Shown: one piece after another, positions 13,190-26,272 of the stretch
Numbering within the stretch: the stretch's first letter is position 1
Layout of the letters: each line of letters begins with the position of its first letter
Assembly: GCA_030390025.1 (NCBI GenBank)
Contig: CM059432.1
Span: 57,724,001-57,788,000, forward strand
Source: Squalus acanthias
Taxonomy: Eukaryota
Direction of reading: 5' to 3'
Length of the DNA: 64,000 nt
The notes under the pieces: generated by a model
Told to the model about the DNA's origin: nothing
What the model saw: only the letters and a program-made list of their open reading frames with translations
Databases searched by the model: none
Program-made: the position numbers and the translations under genes

Positions 13190-14154
13190 ACATGCTCAGT
13201 TACTTGACAACAGCAAGACATGAAATGGTTAATGTGGCTCAGGAGAGTGAGACAACTTTTAAAGCATTGACACATACTCCATCGAGAAACTATCTAATTA
13301 ATGAAACAATCAGAATAGAGTTAAACACACTGGTACCTGTTAGAGGGATGGAAATTGAAGTTGAAGCAGAGAGTTACATGGAATTTGGATTGGGATAATT
13401 GAGGCTAGGGAGAAATAAATTTAGTAAGAATTATCCACAAGATGGATATGAGTAAAAGAGATCTGGAGAATCTTTTAAGTCCATGATTTGTTGATTAGAT
13501 GTTAAACTTTCTTTACAATGTCTGTTTTCTTTGTTTGCATCATTGTCATTTGAAATGTATGTACTTGGTCAACGTGCTAATGATTGTAAGACTGAATTAT
13601 AACTTGTAACTCTAATAATTGTGTTTTGTAGGTAACAGAGCGTGGGAAAAGCCAGTACAAATCCAGTATGAGGTGGTTTTGGAGGTGCCTCCTGTGTCAC
13701 TACTACCGCAACTACCATGCTTTACAAGTCTAACAGGACCTGTCCCATTAATAACCCCAGTTTCTGCTTCACACCACATCTACCCACACCATCAACCAAC
13801 ACGTTTTACTCAATATCAAAACCTGTGCTCAAGTGAAACTGACAGTAAATGAGATACTTAAGTATGAGCTGCACAATTATGTGGCATGATTCAGGTACGA
13901 TATTCCCCTGTTGTCTGAGGGCTTCAGTGAGCTTGTGATGTGACTGAATTCCTCCCTAAAGCATTTTTATGTTTTGAAGCAAGATATTGAGAATAGATAT
14001 TAAAATTGACAGCATAGGGGATGATTCACACTGGTGGGATATTGGGCTTAATATATCAGCACACCCTTAGGTTCATATTATTTCACAGGCTCTGGTAGTT
14101 CTCCAACTTGTAATAGTGTATTTGATATATGTAACCCGTGTAGTAAGAGTTTGA
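13190..14154 (+). pseudogene. Disrupted env-like (viral envelope glycoprotein-like) remnant
   Basis: One frame gives GGFGGASCVTTTATTMLYKSNRTCPINNPSFCFTPH (from 13672) and KILRIDIKIDSIGDDSHWWDIGLNISAHP*VHIISQALVVLQLVIVYLIYVTRVVRV* (13981-14154): Cys-rich ectodomain, sequons, Trp motif and hydrophobic TM-like stretch just before the 3' LTR. Confidence 0.55.
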
Positions 14155-14608
14155 TGCACAAGCCAATTGTGTACTCATGCCTATGACTAACCAGCACTAA
14201 AAAATTAATTGAGCACACCGAAAGAGAAGATCCGAAGCAACGTAGAGGATACCCCAGGTGGGGTAAGATCAGGAAAGATAGAAGAAACAGAGGATACCCC
14301 AGGTGGGGCAGAATTGAAACACCCGAACAGTGAATTGAACCTGTGTGAGGGGTCGGAGGTTGCTCCCCCCCCTCAAAGGAGTGGACTGTAAGAAAGGGGG
14401 AAATCTTCATTTCTGAGTCTCCCTACTAACTAACTCCCAAATTGAGAGAGCAATAAATAAATTAGGGGACCACGAGTGGTGGGAAGTAGCCAGCCAGCAT
14501 CCCTGGGCATGAATGGTATCAGCGGGCCAATAACTTAGAACTAGCTAGATTAGTCAAGAGCCGATTGTGAAAAGTCAATAAGGATATTTCCTTCTCAAGG
14601 TGGAGAAT

Positions 14609-15453
14609 TGTAAGAAATCGTGAATTAGAAGAAATTGTGAATTGTAAAAGAAATTATAGTTTTATAAAAGAAATGGGTTTGCTAGCTCAGCAGCCAGGAT
14701 AAGCTGATGACACAGAAGCATTCCAATCATGTCAGATAAGGAGTTGCACAAACAGCTGAGATCCTTTACAAGGGCATAACGCAGAAACAGGACTTCATGT
14801 AGGTATAGCTACGCCTGATAAGAGGTCGAGTATGGCGCCTTATGATAAACAAACTATGTAGGAGAAAGTGCAAGAGTGCAAGATGTCCAAACAGGAGATA
14901 AGCAGAGGAATGACCTCATGAGTCTGGGAGGGGTCTGCCGTAGGTACCTATTCCCCTGTAATTGGACAATTGAATGGGTAACAAATGCGAGGTATCCACT
15001 GGCCCATCGAAATAAGGTATATAAATGGGCAGCTGGAAGGGAAAAACAGGCAGAGAGGGGAAGAGCTTCTCTGGGGAAGCAGTGAGGGGAAGGGCTTCCC
15101 CAGGGTGGATTCATGCTAGCTTTGGCTTAACACTTTGGTCAAGCTCAACCTCTGGCGTGGATTCATGCTAGCTTCGGTTTAACACCCCCGCCAGCCTCAG
15201 GAGACGACCAAAGAGAAAGAGATCACTGCCGCAGGCTGCAGGGATCCGAGACCACCATTCTGTCTCAACCTCCGTCCGTCCGTTCCGGGGCCGGTAAACC
15301 GTTCTCATCTGTTACGGGTCATATGTCTACTGTGTCTATCCTGATTGCGTGTTGTACTTAACTATATTTGAACTGCCGCTCCTTAACAAAATGACCTATG
15401 ACCCCTAAGACCCTTTGGGTAATCTGTGTGTGACCTGTGATCCAAATCTTACC
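14609..15453 (+). repeat. 3' LTR
   Basis: Starts TGTAAGA after CAAGGTGGAGAAT; ends TCTTAC(C) before the CAGC TSD; homologous to the 5' LTR but with only about 1.5 minisatellite units (15218-15260). Confidence 0.9.
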
Positions 15454-17349
15454 CAGCGGAAATAGTTTCTCTCTATCTACCGTACTGTTCCCCCTAATAT
15501 CGTGAAAACTTCGATCAAGTCACTCCTCAACCTTCTAAATTCCAGGGAATACAACCCTACTTTGTGTAATGTCTCCTCGTAATTTAACCCTTGGAGTCCA
15601 GGTATCATTCTGGTGAACCTACGCTGCACTCTCTCCAAGGCCAATACATCCTTCTTAAGTTGTGTTGCCCAGAACTGCTCACAGTACTCCAGGAGTGGTC
15701 TAACCAGGGCTTTGTATAGCTACAGCATAACTTCAACCCCCTTGTATTCTAGTCCTCTAGATATAAAGGCTAGCATTCCATTAGCCTTTTTGATTATTTT
15801 CTGTACCTGTTTGTGACATTTTAATGATCTATGTACCAAGTCTCTTTGGACCTCCACTGTTTTGAGCTTTTCACCATTTAGAAAGTACCCTGTTCTATCA
15901 TTTTGAGGTCCAAAGTAGATGGCCCCACATTTGCCTACATTGAAATCCATTTGCCACAGTTTTGCCCATTCGCTTAATCTATTAATATCTCTTTGTAATT
16001 TTGTGCTTCCATCTACACTGATTACAATGCCGCCTATCTTTGTGTCATTGGCAAATTTGAATATGTGGCTTTCTATCCCATCATCTAAGTCGCTAATGAA
16101 TACAGTGAAAAGTTGAGGCCCCAACACAGATCCTTGCGGGACACCACTAGTCAAATCCTGCCAATTAGAGTACCTGCCCATTAGCTCTACTCTCTGTCTC
16201 TTGCCGCTCAGCCAATTTCCTAACCAGGTCAATAATTCACCTTCAATTCCAACTTTAGTTAACAGTCTTTTATGAGGGACTTTATCAAATGCTTTCTGGA
16301 AGTCCACATAAATAACATCCATAGACATTCCCCTGTCCATTACTTTAGTTACCTCTTCAAAAATTTCAATCAGGTTTGTCAGGCATGACCTACCTTTACA
16401 AATCCATGCTGGCTCTCTCTGATCAGCTAAAATTTTGGAAGGTGTTCAGTCGCCCTATCCTTAATTATAGACTCTAGTAATTTCCCGACAACAGATGTTA
16501 GACTAACTGGTCTATAATTCCCTGGTTTACCTCTCTCACCCTTCATAAATAGCGGAGTGATGTGTGTAATTTTCCAATCTAAAGGAACAGTTCCTGAATT
16601 GAGAGAACTTTGGAAGTATATAGTTAGGACATCCGCAATGTTCTCACCTACTTCCTTTAAAATCCTGGGATAGAAACCATCTGGCCCTGGGGATTTGTCA
16701 CTCTTTAGTGCCATTATTTTCTTCATTACTGTTATTTTGCTTATGTTAATTTTGGTGAGTCCCTGTCTCTGATTCAATATTAATTTCCTTGGGATTTCCA
16801 GCATGCTGACTTCTTTCTCTACTGTAAATACTGACGCAAAGTGATTATTTAACATGCCCGCCATTTCCTTATTTTCATTGACAATATCACCATTATCATT
16901 TTTCAAGGGGCCAACAGTACTCCTGACCACCCTCTTTTTCTTAATATAATTGTAAATATTTTTAATGTTGATTTTGATATTACTTGCAAGTTTCTTTTCA
17001 TACTACCTTTTTGTAGCTCTATCTGTTTTGTCACCCTTTGCTGTTCTTTGTATCTTTCCCATTCGCCAGGATCCATGCTATTTTTGCATTTTTGTATGCT
17101 TTTTCTTTTAATTTTAGTCTCTTATCTCTTTAGTCGTCCATGGCTGTTTTTTTGGCAAGTAGAGCTCTTGCCTCTTAGGGGTATAAACTGGTTCTGCATC
17201 ACATTAAATTCTTTTTTGAACACCTCCCACTGATCTTCTGTTGTTTTACCCCTTAACAGATTTGCCCAGTTTACTGTGGACAGTCTCTGTCTCATTGCGT
17301 TTGCATTATCTAAATCTCGAATCTTAGTAGCTGTTGCGCATCTCTCCGA

Positions 17350-18269
17350 AAATGCCTTCATCAGTTTAAACATGATTAGATCACCCCTCAATCATCTAAA
17401 CTCAACAGAATATCAACCAACTTTATGCAGCCTGGCCTCCTAATTTAACCCTTTAAGCCCTGGTATAATTCTGGTGAATGCGCTTTACTCCCTCCAAGGC
17501 CAGTCATATATTTCCTGAGGTTCAGTGCCCAAACTGAATGCAGTACTTTAGATGAAGTCTGACCAAGGCTCTGTAAAACTGAAACATCACTTCCTCACTT
17601 TAGTATTTCAACCCCCTTGAGATAAAGGCCAACATTCCATTAGCCTTTTGATTGCTTTTTGTACCTGTGCACTAGCTTTTAGTGATTTGTGTACATGGAC
17701 ATCTAAATCCCTTTGCTCCTCCACAGCTCATGGTCTCTCACCATTAAGAAAATATTCTGATTTGTCCCTCTCTGATCCAAAGTGGATAATTGAACACCAT
17801 AATTTTTGCTGACTCACTTAGTCTGTCTGTGTCCCTTTGTAGCTTCCTGCTCCCATCTACACAAATAACACATTGCCTCCTAACTTAATGTAATCTGCAA
17901 ACTTGGATATACAACTCTCTCTTCCTTCATCCAAGTCATTTATATATATATGGGGAAAAGCTGAGGTTCCAGTGCAGATCCCTTGGGAATATAATTTGTC
18001 ACATCCTGCCAATCAGAGAATATTCCCTTTATCCCTACTCTCGGACAGCTACCTCCCAAGTTTACCTCCAATTCTGTGCGCTTTCATTTTTTCTAACGAT
18101 CTCTTGTGCGGAAGTTCATATTGACAACATGCATTAGTATTCCTCTATCCACCATGTTAGTCACCTCCTCAAAAAATTCAACTAGATTAGTCAGACATGA
18201 ACCAACCTTCATAAATTCATGCTGACTCTCTTTGATCAGATCATAATTGTCCAAATGCTCAGTCACTCT
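17350..18269 (-). mobile_element. Degenerate CR1 fragment
   Basis: Minus strand reads RVTEHLDNYDLIKESQHEFMK...CLTNLVEFFEEVT and downstream RT pieces. Confidence 0.75.
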
Positions 18270-18890
18270 GGCCCTGATTTTAAATCCCCCCGCCGGGCGG
18301 AAACTGGGCGGGGGGCAGTTAAAATGATGACAGCATCTTACCCCTCTGATCCCGCTGCCTACCCGCCATGTCCTGATGTTAACCTGCTCTTTTGAGCAGG
18401 CAAGCAGGGTAGTTTTAAATATGCAGATTGGGTCCCGTGTCATTGTCGGGACCCAAACTGGAATTTTAGTTGGAGGCCTGAGCTGGGGGTGGGGGGGCGG
18501 TGACGGCTTCCCTGTTAGGCCAGACCTGCTGGGAAATGGATCGTGGGCCAGATGCGGCTCAGCAAGGTAAGTTTTAAATTTTATTTCAGGTTTCCTTGTG
18601 GGCCAGGAGGAGGAGGAGTGTTTATTCGGGCCTCACAAGGAAGCTTTGGGCCTCCTTGCCCGGGCTCACCCGCCCCCCCCCCCCCCCCCCCCCCCCCCCT
18701 CACCCACTGATTATGTCCAGAGCCCTCTCCCTCACCACTTACCTGACTGCCAGGGATTGTTCCTGTGGGTCCCCGGCTGCAGCGTCCTACTGCCGAATTC
18801 CTGCCCGCCGGCCAGGTAGTGGTTCTGGCCGGGTTCGGGTGACAGTTGTAAAAAGTTTATGGAAATGAGGTCTCGCCATTGAAATCAGTC
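18270..18890. mobile_element. GC-rich non-autonomous DNA transposon fragment (Harbinger-type end)
   Basis: Begins GGCCCTGATTTT, like the TIRs of the other Harbinger-type elements here; GC-rich with a poly-C run; other end not identified. Confidence 0.45.
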
Positions 18891-19061
18891 TTTTTAATTT
18901 GTTGAATTATTTCTATTTACTCAATCTAATTCATTATTTTTGAAAATATTTGATAGGGAGGTTTGGTTTAGTTGTTCATTAAAAACGCTTCCCTTGATCT
19001 GATCATGAATATTATGCACCTCAGCAGTTTTCCTTCTTTGAAGACCAAAGACCCTTATCAT

Positions 19062-19495
19062 AACAAGAACAAATTGCACTTATATAGAATCATAGAATGA
19101 TACAACACAGAAGTAGGCCATAAAGTCCATCGTGCCTGTGTAAGTGAAGTCACTGTTGTAATGTGGGAACCGCGGCAGCCAATTTGCGCACAGCAAGCTC
19201 CCACAAACAGCAATGTGAAAATGACCAGATAATCTGTTTTTGTTATGTTGGTTGAGGGAGAAATTGGCCAGGACACCGGGGATAACTCCCCTGCTCTTCT
19301 TCGAAATAGTGCCATGGGATCTTTTACGTCCACCTGAGAGAGCAGATGGGGCCTCGGTTTTAATGTCTCATCCGAAAGACGGCACCTCCGACAGTGCAGC
19401 ACTCCCTCAGCACTGCACTGTCAGCCTAGCTTTATGTGTGCAAGTCCCTGGAGTGGGATTTGAACCCACAACCTTCTGACTCAGAGGCGAGTCAG
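19062..19495 (-). mobile_element. Deu-domain (SacSINE1-like) SINE
   Basis: Deu core (gggatcttttacgtccacctgagag...ccgaaagacggcacctccgacagtgcagcactccctcag) and tRNA-like B box (gggatttgaaccc). Confidence 0.85.
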
Positions 19496-19499
19496 CTAG

Positions 19500-20760
19500 T
19501 GTGCGAGTGTGCTACCGTCGTTTATGGGACGTGGGCATCGCTGGCAATGCCAGCCTTTATTGCCCATCCCTAATTGCCCTTGAGAAGGTAGTGGTGAGCC
19601 GTCTTCTTGAACCGCTGCTGTCGTGTGGTGAAGGTACTCCCACAGTGCTGCTAGGGAGGGAGTTCCAGCATTTTGACCCAGCGACGATGAAGGATCGGCG
19701 ATATACTTCTAAGTCAGGATGGTATGTGACTTGGAGGGGAACTTGGAGGTGGTGGTGTTCACATGCGCTTGCTGCCCTTGTCCTTCTAGGTGGAAGAGTT
19801 TGTGGGTTTGGGAGGTGCTGCCAAAGAAGCCTTGGCAAGTTGCTGCAGTGCATCTTGTAGATGGTACACACTGCAGCCATGGTACGCCGGTGGTGAAGGG
19901 AGTGAATGTTTAAGGTGGTGGATGGGGTGCCAATCAAGCGGGCTGCTTTGTTCTGGATGGTGTCGAGCTTCTTGAGTGTTGTTGGAGCTGCACTCATCCA
20001 GGCAAGTGGAGAGTATTCCATCACACTCCTTACTTGTGCCTTGTAGATGGTGGAAAGGCTTTGGGGAGTCAGGAGGTGAGACACTCGCCGCAGAATACCT
20101 AGCTTCTGACCTGCTCTTGTTGCCACAGTATTTATGTGGCTGGTCCAGTTCAGTTTCTGGTCAATGGTGACCCCCAGGATGTTGATGGTGGAGGATTCGG
20201 CAATGGTAATGCCGTTGAATGTCAAGGGGTGGTGGTTAGACTCTCGCTTGTTGGAGAAAGCCATTGCCTGGCACTTGTGTGGCGCGAATGTTACCTGCCA
20301 CTTATCAGCCCAAGCCTGAACGTCGTCCAGGTCTTGTTGCATGCAGGCATGGGCTGCTTCATTGTCTGAGGAGTTGTGAATGGCACCGAACATTGTGCAG
20401 TCATCAGCGAACATCCCCATTTCTGACCTTATGTTGGAGGGAAGGTCATTGATGAAGCAGCTGAAGATGGTTGGGCCTAGGACACTGCCCTGAGGAACTC
20501 CTGCAGCGATGTCCTGGGGCTGTGATGATTGACCTTCAACCACCACAACCATCTTCCTTTGTGCTAGGTATGACTCCAGCCAGTGGAGCGTTTTCCCCCC
20601 GATTCCCATTGACTTCAGTTTTACTAGGGCTCCTTGATGCAACACTTGGTCAAATGCTGCCTTGATGTCAAGGGCAGTCACTCTCACTTCTCCTCTGGAA
20701 TTCAGCCCCTTTGTCCATGTTTTGGACCAAGGCTGTAATGAGGTCGGGAGCCGAGTGGCT
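19500..20760 (-). mobile_element. 5'-truncated non-LTR retrotransposon with open RT C-terminal frame (not the CR1 family dominant here)
   Basis: ORF 19557-20960: [39 protein letters not shown]. The N-terminal ~60 aa come from the adjacent GC-rich element. Confidence 0.88.
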
Positions 20761-21517
20761 GACACTAGTAAATCTTTTCTGCGGGTGAGTAGGCCTGCAG
20801 CTGCAGAAAGGGAGCAAGGGGTCGGTCTGGGGGAGGGATTGTGGGGTTTGGGGGGGGGATTGGGAATCGCGGGGGGATTGGGGATCGCGGGGGGGTGTTG
20901 GGGATCGCAGGGGCGGCCAGGGATCGGCGGGGGGGGTCGGCTGCAGGATCGGGGGGTCAACGGGGGTGGGGGGTTGACAGCGGCGGGGCGGTGGGAGGGG
21001 GGTGGTTGGCCAGCGCCATTGGCAAGTGGGAGAAAGGATCGGGGCCGGCATCAGCATCATCGGTGGGGAGGGGGAGGAGGCTCTTTGGTAGGGATCGGAG
21101 GCCTGGGAAGGCGATTGGAGGCCTCATGGTGGGGGTCTCCGATTGCGGGGCGTGGCTTAGGCAGGGACCCTGGATGCAGGAGGTAGGTATAACGCCATTT
21201 ACCTCCTGGATGGAGCAGTCCCCGCCTCGCTTTAACTGCTGGGTTTCACGAATTGTGTGAAACCCATCCACTTGCAGTTAAATTCAAAAAGGAGGTGAAA
21301 AAAGAGGCTTCCAGCCCCATTCTAATATTTAAATTGACATACCGCCTCCTGGGAGCAGGTTGGTCACCCGTCCCCCGTCCCCCGTCCCGCCCCCATCCAA
21401 ACCAGAAGCGTTTGGATGGGTTGTTGGCAGGATCAGGTCAAGAATCCCATTTTTAATAATTTAACTTCCCCCCACGCTCCAAACCCACCTGCTTTTTTTT
21501 AGGGAAAAATTCTGGCC
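20760..21517. mobile_element. GC/G-rich non-autonomous DNA transposon fragment (Harbinger-type end)
   Basis: Ends AAAAATTCTGGCC, the TIR type of the MITEs below; internal G-rich GGGGATCGC repeats. Confidence 0.5.
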
Positions 21518-23060
21518 TAGGTCATTCATAAATATCAAAATACCGACCTTTGGGGAACACCACTGTATACTTCCCTCCAGTCTAAAAAAACAACTGTTCA
21601 CCACTACTCTCTGCTTTCTGTCCCTTAGCGAATTTTTTAACCATGTTGCCACTGCCCCTTTAATCCCATGGAATTTAATTCTGCTAACAAGTCTATTATG
21701 TGGTACTTTGTCAAACGCCTTTTGAAAGTCCATATTTACAACATCACTGCATTACCCTCATCAACCCTCTCCGTTACTTCATCAAAGAACTCAATTAAGT
21801 TAGTCAGACACGATTTGCTTTTAACAAATCCGTGTTGACTTTCATTTATTAGCCAATACGTTTCCAAATGCCAATTAATTTTGTCCCGGGTTATTGTGTA
21901 CCATTTGCAATCCTCCAGTCCTCCAGCACCACCCCCATATCCAAGGAGAATTGGAAGATTGTGGCCAGAGCCACCGCAATTTCCACCCTTACCTCCCTCA
22001 GTAACCTAGGATGCATCCCATCCGGATCAGGTGACGTTTCTCCTTTGAGGACTGCCAACCTTTTAAGTACATCCTCTTTATCTATTTTTATCCTATCTAA
22101 TATCACTACTGCCTCTTCCTTTACTGTTACATTGGCAGCATCCTCTTCTCTAGTGAAGACAGATGCAAAGTGCTCATTTAGTACTCCACAAGACGATCTC
22201 CTTTTTAATCCCTAATCGGCCTCACCCTTCCTTTGACTACCTTTTTACTATTTATGTGTTTATAAAAGAATTTTGGGTTCCCTTTTAGGTTAGCCACTAA
22301 TCTATTCTCATACTTTCTCTTTTCCCGTTATTCCCTTTTTTAGATTTCCTCTGTACTTTCTATATGCAACTTGGTTCTCTACTGTATTATGAACCTTACA
22401 ATTGTCATATGCCTCCTTTTCTTGTACACATTTCAGGAATTCCTGCCCCTCTTTTCTTTTTACACTGTTACTATCCCAGTCTATATTAGGATAATTGAAG
22501 TCCCCCATTATCACTACTCTGTAGTTCTTGCATGTTTCTGTAATTTGCGTGCAAATTTGCTCCTCTATCTCCTTCCCAATTCTTTAGTGGCTTATAGTAT
22601 ACACCCAATAGCCTAATAGCTCCTCTATTATTCCTTAATTCTAACCAAATAGACTCTGTCTTTGGCCCCTCAACTACATCATCCCTCTCTAGTGCTATAA
22701 TAATTTCTTTGATCAATACTGCTGCCCCCCTCCTTTTTTTACTTCCATATCTTTCCTGAATACCTTGTAGCCAGGAATATTAAGTTCCTCCCCTTCTTTG
22801 AGATAGGTCTTTGTTATTGCCCCTATAACGTAGTCCCAGGTGGCGACTTGTGCCTGCAGCTCACCAACCTTATTTACTATGCTCAATGCATTTATGTACA
22901 TGCACTCCAAACTCATCTTAGACTGCTTCCTATTTGCCTCCTGTCTGATGGCTCCTATTTCTGAGCTATTCTTTACTCTAGTGCTATTTGTCTCTTCCAG
23001 TCCTCTGTGCACCTTGTTTCTCCTCCTCTAATGTTTCATTCTAGTGCCCATCCCCCTTTA
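21518..23060 (-). mobile_element. Degenerate, internally deleted CR1 ORF2 (endonuclease and RT pieces)
   Basis: ORFs with DFQKAFDKVPH, PDGMHPRLLRE, MGDFNYPNIDW, ESIWLELRN, CMYINALSIVNK. Confidence 0.85.
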
Positions 23061-23089
23061 ATGGACCTTTGTTGGCACACGTAGGAATA

Positions 23090-23820
23090 GAACTAACCAG
23101 AATAATGGCACAAAAGTTGATCATAAAAGAGAGATGATGCAAGAAGCTGAAGTGGTCAACTGTGTTGATTGCTGAGGGGAGATCAAGGATGACAAGGGGG
23201 ATAGCACACCATGGGCATAAAGGACATTGTTAGTGAATTGGACTAGGGCAGTCTGCAGAAACTAGATTAAAGGGATTTGAAGAGGGAGTAATGGAAGAGA
23301 TCTGCAAGGAGATAGGTGGTGACACACATTCAAGGACTTTAGAGGGGGAAGGGAGATTGGAGACAAGATGGTATTTGGAGAAGGTGGAGGGGTCAATGGG
23401 AATATTTTTGAGATGGGGCATGACAACAGTTTGAAGGATCGGGAAACAGCCAAAGGGGGGAAGCCATTAACAATGTCATGGAACATTGGATTGATAGGTA
23501 ATTGTATAATGAGGTGTTGAATTGGAAGGGGTTCAAGAGCACAGGAGAGGTCATGTTGGGGAGGGAGGGTGGCAGTTGGGTCAGGCCAGAGAGAGAAATA
23601 GGGGACAAGTTACACAGTGGCATGAGGTTGGCACAATGACATGGGGCGAAGGAAGTCCAGGGAGGGAGAGGAGGCAGCTGAATGCATGGTCTTAATCTTT
23701 GAGATGAAATAATCTAATCGTTTCTCACATTTTGTGTTGGATATGAAGTTGGCATGAGCAGAGGATGGGGGTCGGAGTAGTTTGTTGTCAACAAGAGGAA
23801 CCTGAGGTTCTCCTTGTCCA
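23090..23820 (-). mobile_element. Degenerate L2-like LINE fragment
   Basis: Minus strand reads DPSTFSKYHLVSNLPSPSKVLE, resembling the L2-type NYRPISNLPFLSKVLE motif. Confidence 0.6.
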
Positions 23821-26272
23821 CCTGGAGTAATGGAAGGGTTTGGATTTGGAGAGGGGCCCTAAATCCTATGTCACAGCCTATCTGACACCAGAAGGATCAA
23901 GAATGAGATTTCCTAGAGGAGATAATATCACTCCAGCCAAAACCGAGAGAAAAAAAATCACGCAGCAACTCGAGCTCCGGGTTTCCGAGCTTGAGCGGCA
24001 GCTGGAGTCACTACAGTGCATCCGCGAGGCTGAGAAATACTTGGAAAGCACGTTTCTAGAAGTGGTCACCCCGCAGCCTCAGAATGTGCAGGCAGAGAGG
24101 GAATGGGTGACCACCAGACAGAGAAGGAGGACCAGGCAGGTAGGGCAAGAATCCCCAGAGTGCATCTCGCTCGCTAACCGGTTCACAGTTCTGGAAACTG
24201 GTGGGGGTGATGGTTCCTCTGGGGAGAGCAGCCAGAGCCAAGGCCACGGCACCACAGGTGGCTCAGCTGCACAGGGGGGGAGGAAGAAGAGTGGAAGAGC
24301 AATAGTGGTAGGGGATTCATTGGTTAGGGGAACAGATAGGTGTTTCTGTGGATGCAGACGTGACTCCAGGATGGTATGTTGCATCCCTGGTGTCAGGGTC
24401 AAGAATGTCACTGAGCGGCTGCAGGATACTCTGAGGGGGAGGGTGAACAGCAAAGGTTGTTGTCCATATCGGTACCAATGACATAGGCAGAAAGAGGGAT
24501 GAGGTCCTGCAGGCAGACTATAGGGAGCTAGGAAAGAGATTAAAAAGCAGGACCTCAAAGGTAGTAATCTCCGGATTACTCCCGGTGTCATGTGCTAGTG
24601 AGTACAGGAATAGGATGATAGAATAGATGAATGCGTGGCTGGAGAAATGGTGCAGGAGGGAGGGCTTTAGATTCCTGAGGCATTGGGACCGTTTCTGGGG
24701 AAGGTGGGACCTGTACAAACCGGACGGGTTACACCTCAACAGAGCCAGGACCAATATTCTCGCGGGGAGGTTAGCTAGTGCTGTTCGGGAGGGTTTAAAC
24801 TAGCTTGGCAGGGGGATGGGCACCAGTATATAGGAGTAGAAAAGAGGAATAAGGTGCATAAAAGAGTGAGTTTGTTGGACAGTACTAGAGAAGAAAGTAG
24901 TACTAGAGGCAGATGTAGTACCATATTAGATAGGAGTAGACCAAGAAAGATTATGAAAAATTCAAAAATGGGTTTAGAATGCATGTACGTAAATGCACAA
25001 AGTGTGGTGAATAAGGTTGATGAGCTATAAGCACAATTAGCCGTGTGGCAATATGATGTTGTGGCAATAATGGAAACGTGACTTAAAAACGGTGAGGACT
25101 GGGCACTTAATATTCAAGGGTAGAACGTGTTCAGAAAAGATAGGGAAGGAAAAACGTGAGGTGGGGTGGCAGTGCTGATTAAGGAAGACATTGTAGTGTT
25201 GGAAAGGGAGGATGTTCTTGAGGGGACAAGGACAGAATCCATTTGGTTAGAGTTGAGGAGCAAAAAGGGTATGATCTCGCGATTGGGGGTATTCTATAGG
25301 CCTCCAAATAGTGAGAGGGAGGTAGAGGAGCAAATCTGCAGGGAAATCGCAGAGATATGCAAGAGCTATAGAGTGGTGATATTGGGGGACTTTAATTACC
25401 CAAATATCGATTGGGATAATGCTAGGGTAAAGGGAAAGGGGGGGGAGGAATTTCTGAAATGTGTTCAGGAGAATTTCCTTGACCAATATGTTCTTGGCCC
25501 AACTAGGAAGGAGGTATTGCTGGATCTGGTGCTGGGGAATGAGGTGGGCCAGGTCGACCAAGTGTCTGTGGGAGAACACTTGGGTATGAGTGATCAACAT
25601 ATCATAAGATTTAGATTAGCAATGAAGAGGAGCAAGGAACAATCTAGAGTGGAACTTCTAAACTGGAATAGGGCTAACTTCAATGGAATGCGAAAGGATC
25701 TAGCCAGGGTAAAATGGAACCAAAGATTGACAGGAAAAACTGTAACGGAACAATGGGTGATCTTTAAGGAGATGTTCCAAGTACAGGCTGGGTACATTCC
25801 AACAAGAGGGAAGGGTAAGGGAACCGAAGCAAGGGCTCCTTGGATGACGAGGGAGATAGAGAAGATGATGAAAAAATAAAAGAGGGTGTATGATGCATGT
25901 CGGGTGAATTCTTCAAGGGAGAACCAGACCAAATACAATAAGTTGAGAGGGGTAGTAAAGATGAAAATAAGATTGGCAAAGAGAGAATATGAGAGTAGAA
26001 TGGCGGTTAACATAAAAGGGAACCCAAAAATCTTCTACCGGCATGTAAACAGTAAGCGGGTAGTAAGAGGCGGGGTGGGGCCTATTAGGGACAAAGAAGG
26101 TGATATATGCTTAGAGGCACAGGGCAAGACTAGAATACTCAATGAGTACTTTGTATCGGTGTTTACTAAGGAGGTGGATGCTGACAAAATATCGGTAGAA
26201 GTGGAAAAGGTAGAAGCAATGGAAAGGGTGAAAATTAATAGACAGGATGTACTAGAAAGGCTGGGTATGCTT

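Larger units (their letters stand above)
9277..15453 (+). mobile_element. Non-autonomous LTR retroelement / endogenous retrovirus-like element
   Basis: Two homologous LTRs (9277-10706, 14609-15453), CAGC target-site duplication (9273-9276, 15454-15457), PBS after the 5' LTR, purine-rich tract before the 3' LTR, env-like remnant, no recognisable pol. Confidence 0.9.
8969..17340 (-). mobile_element. 5'-truncated CR1 LINE split by the LTR element (pieces 8969-9276 and 15458-17340)
   Basis: Tail near 8969; ...aatccccaaccagc joins ggaaatagtttctc across the insertion; RT ORFs 15720-16340 and 16427-16930 ([31 protein letters not shown]). Confidence 0.85.

Noticed and set aside
19440..19495. tRNA gene (B-box match; also near 41270)
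   Set aside because: These are tRNA-derived SINE heads followed by the Deu core; no full cloverleaf.
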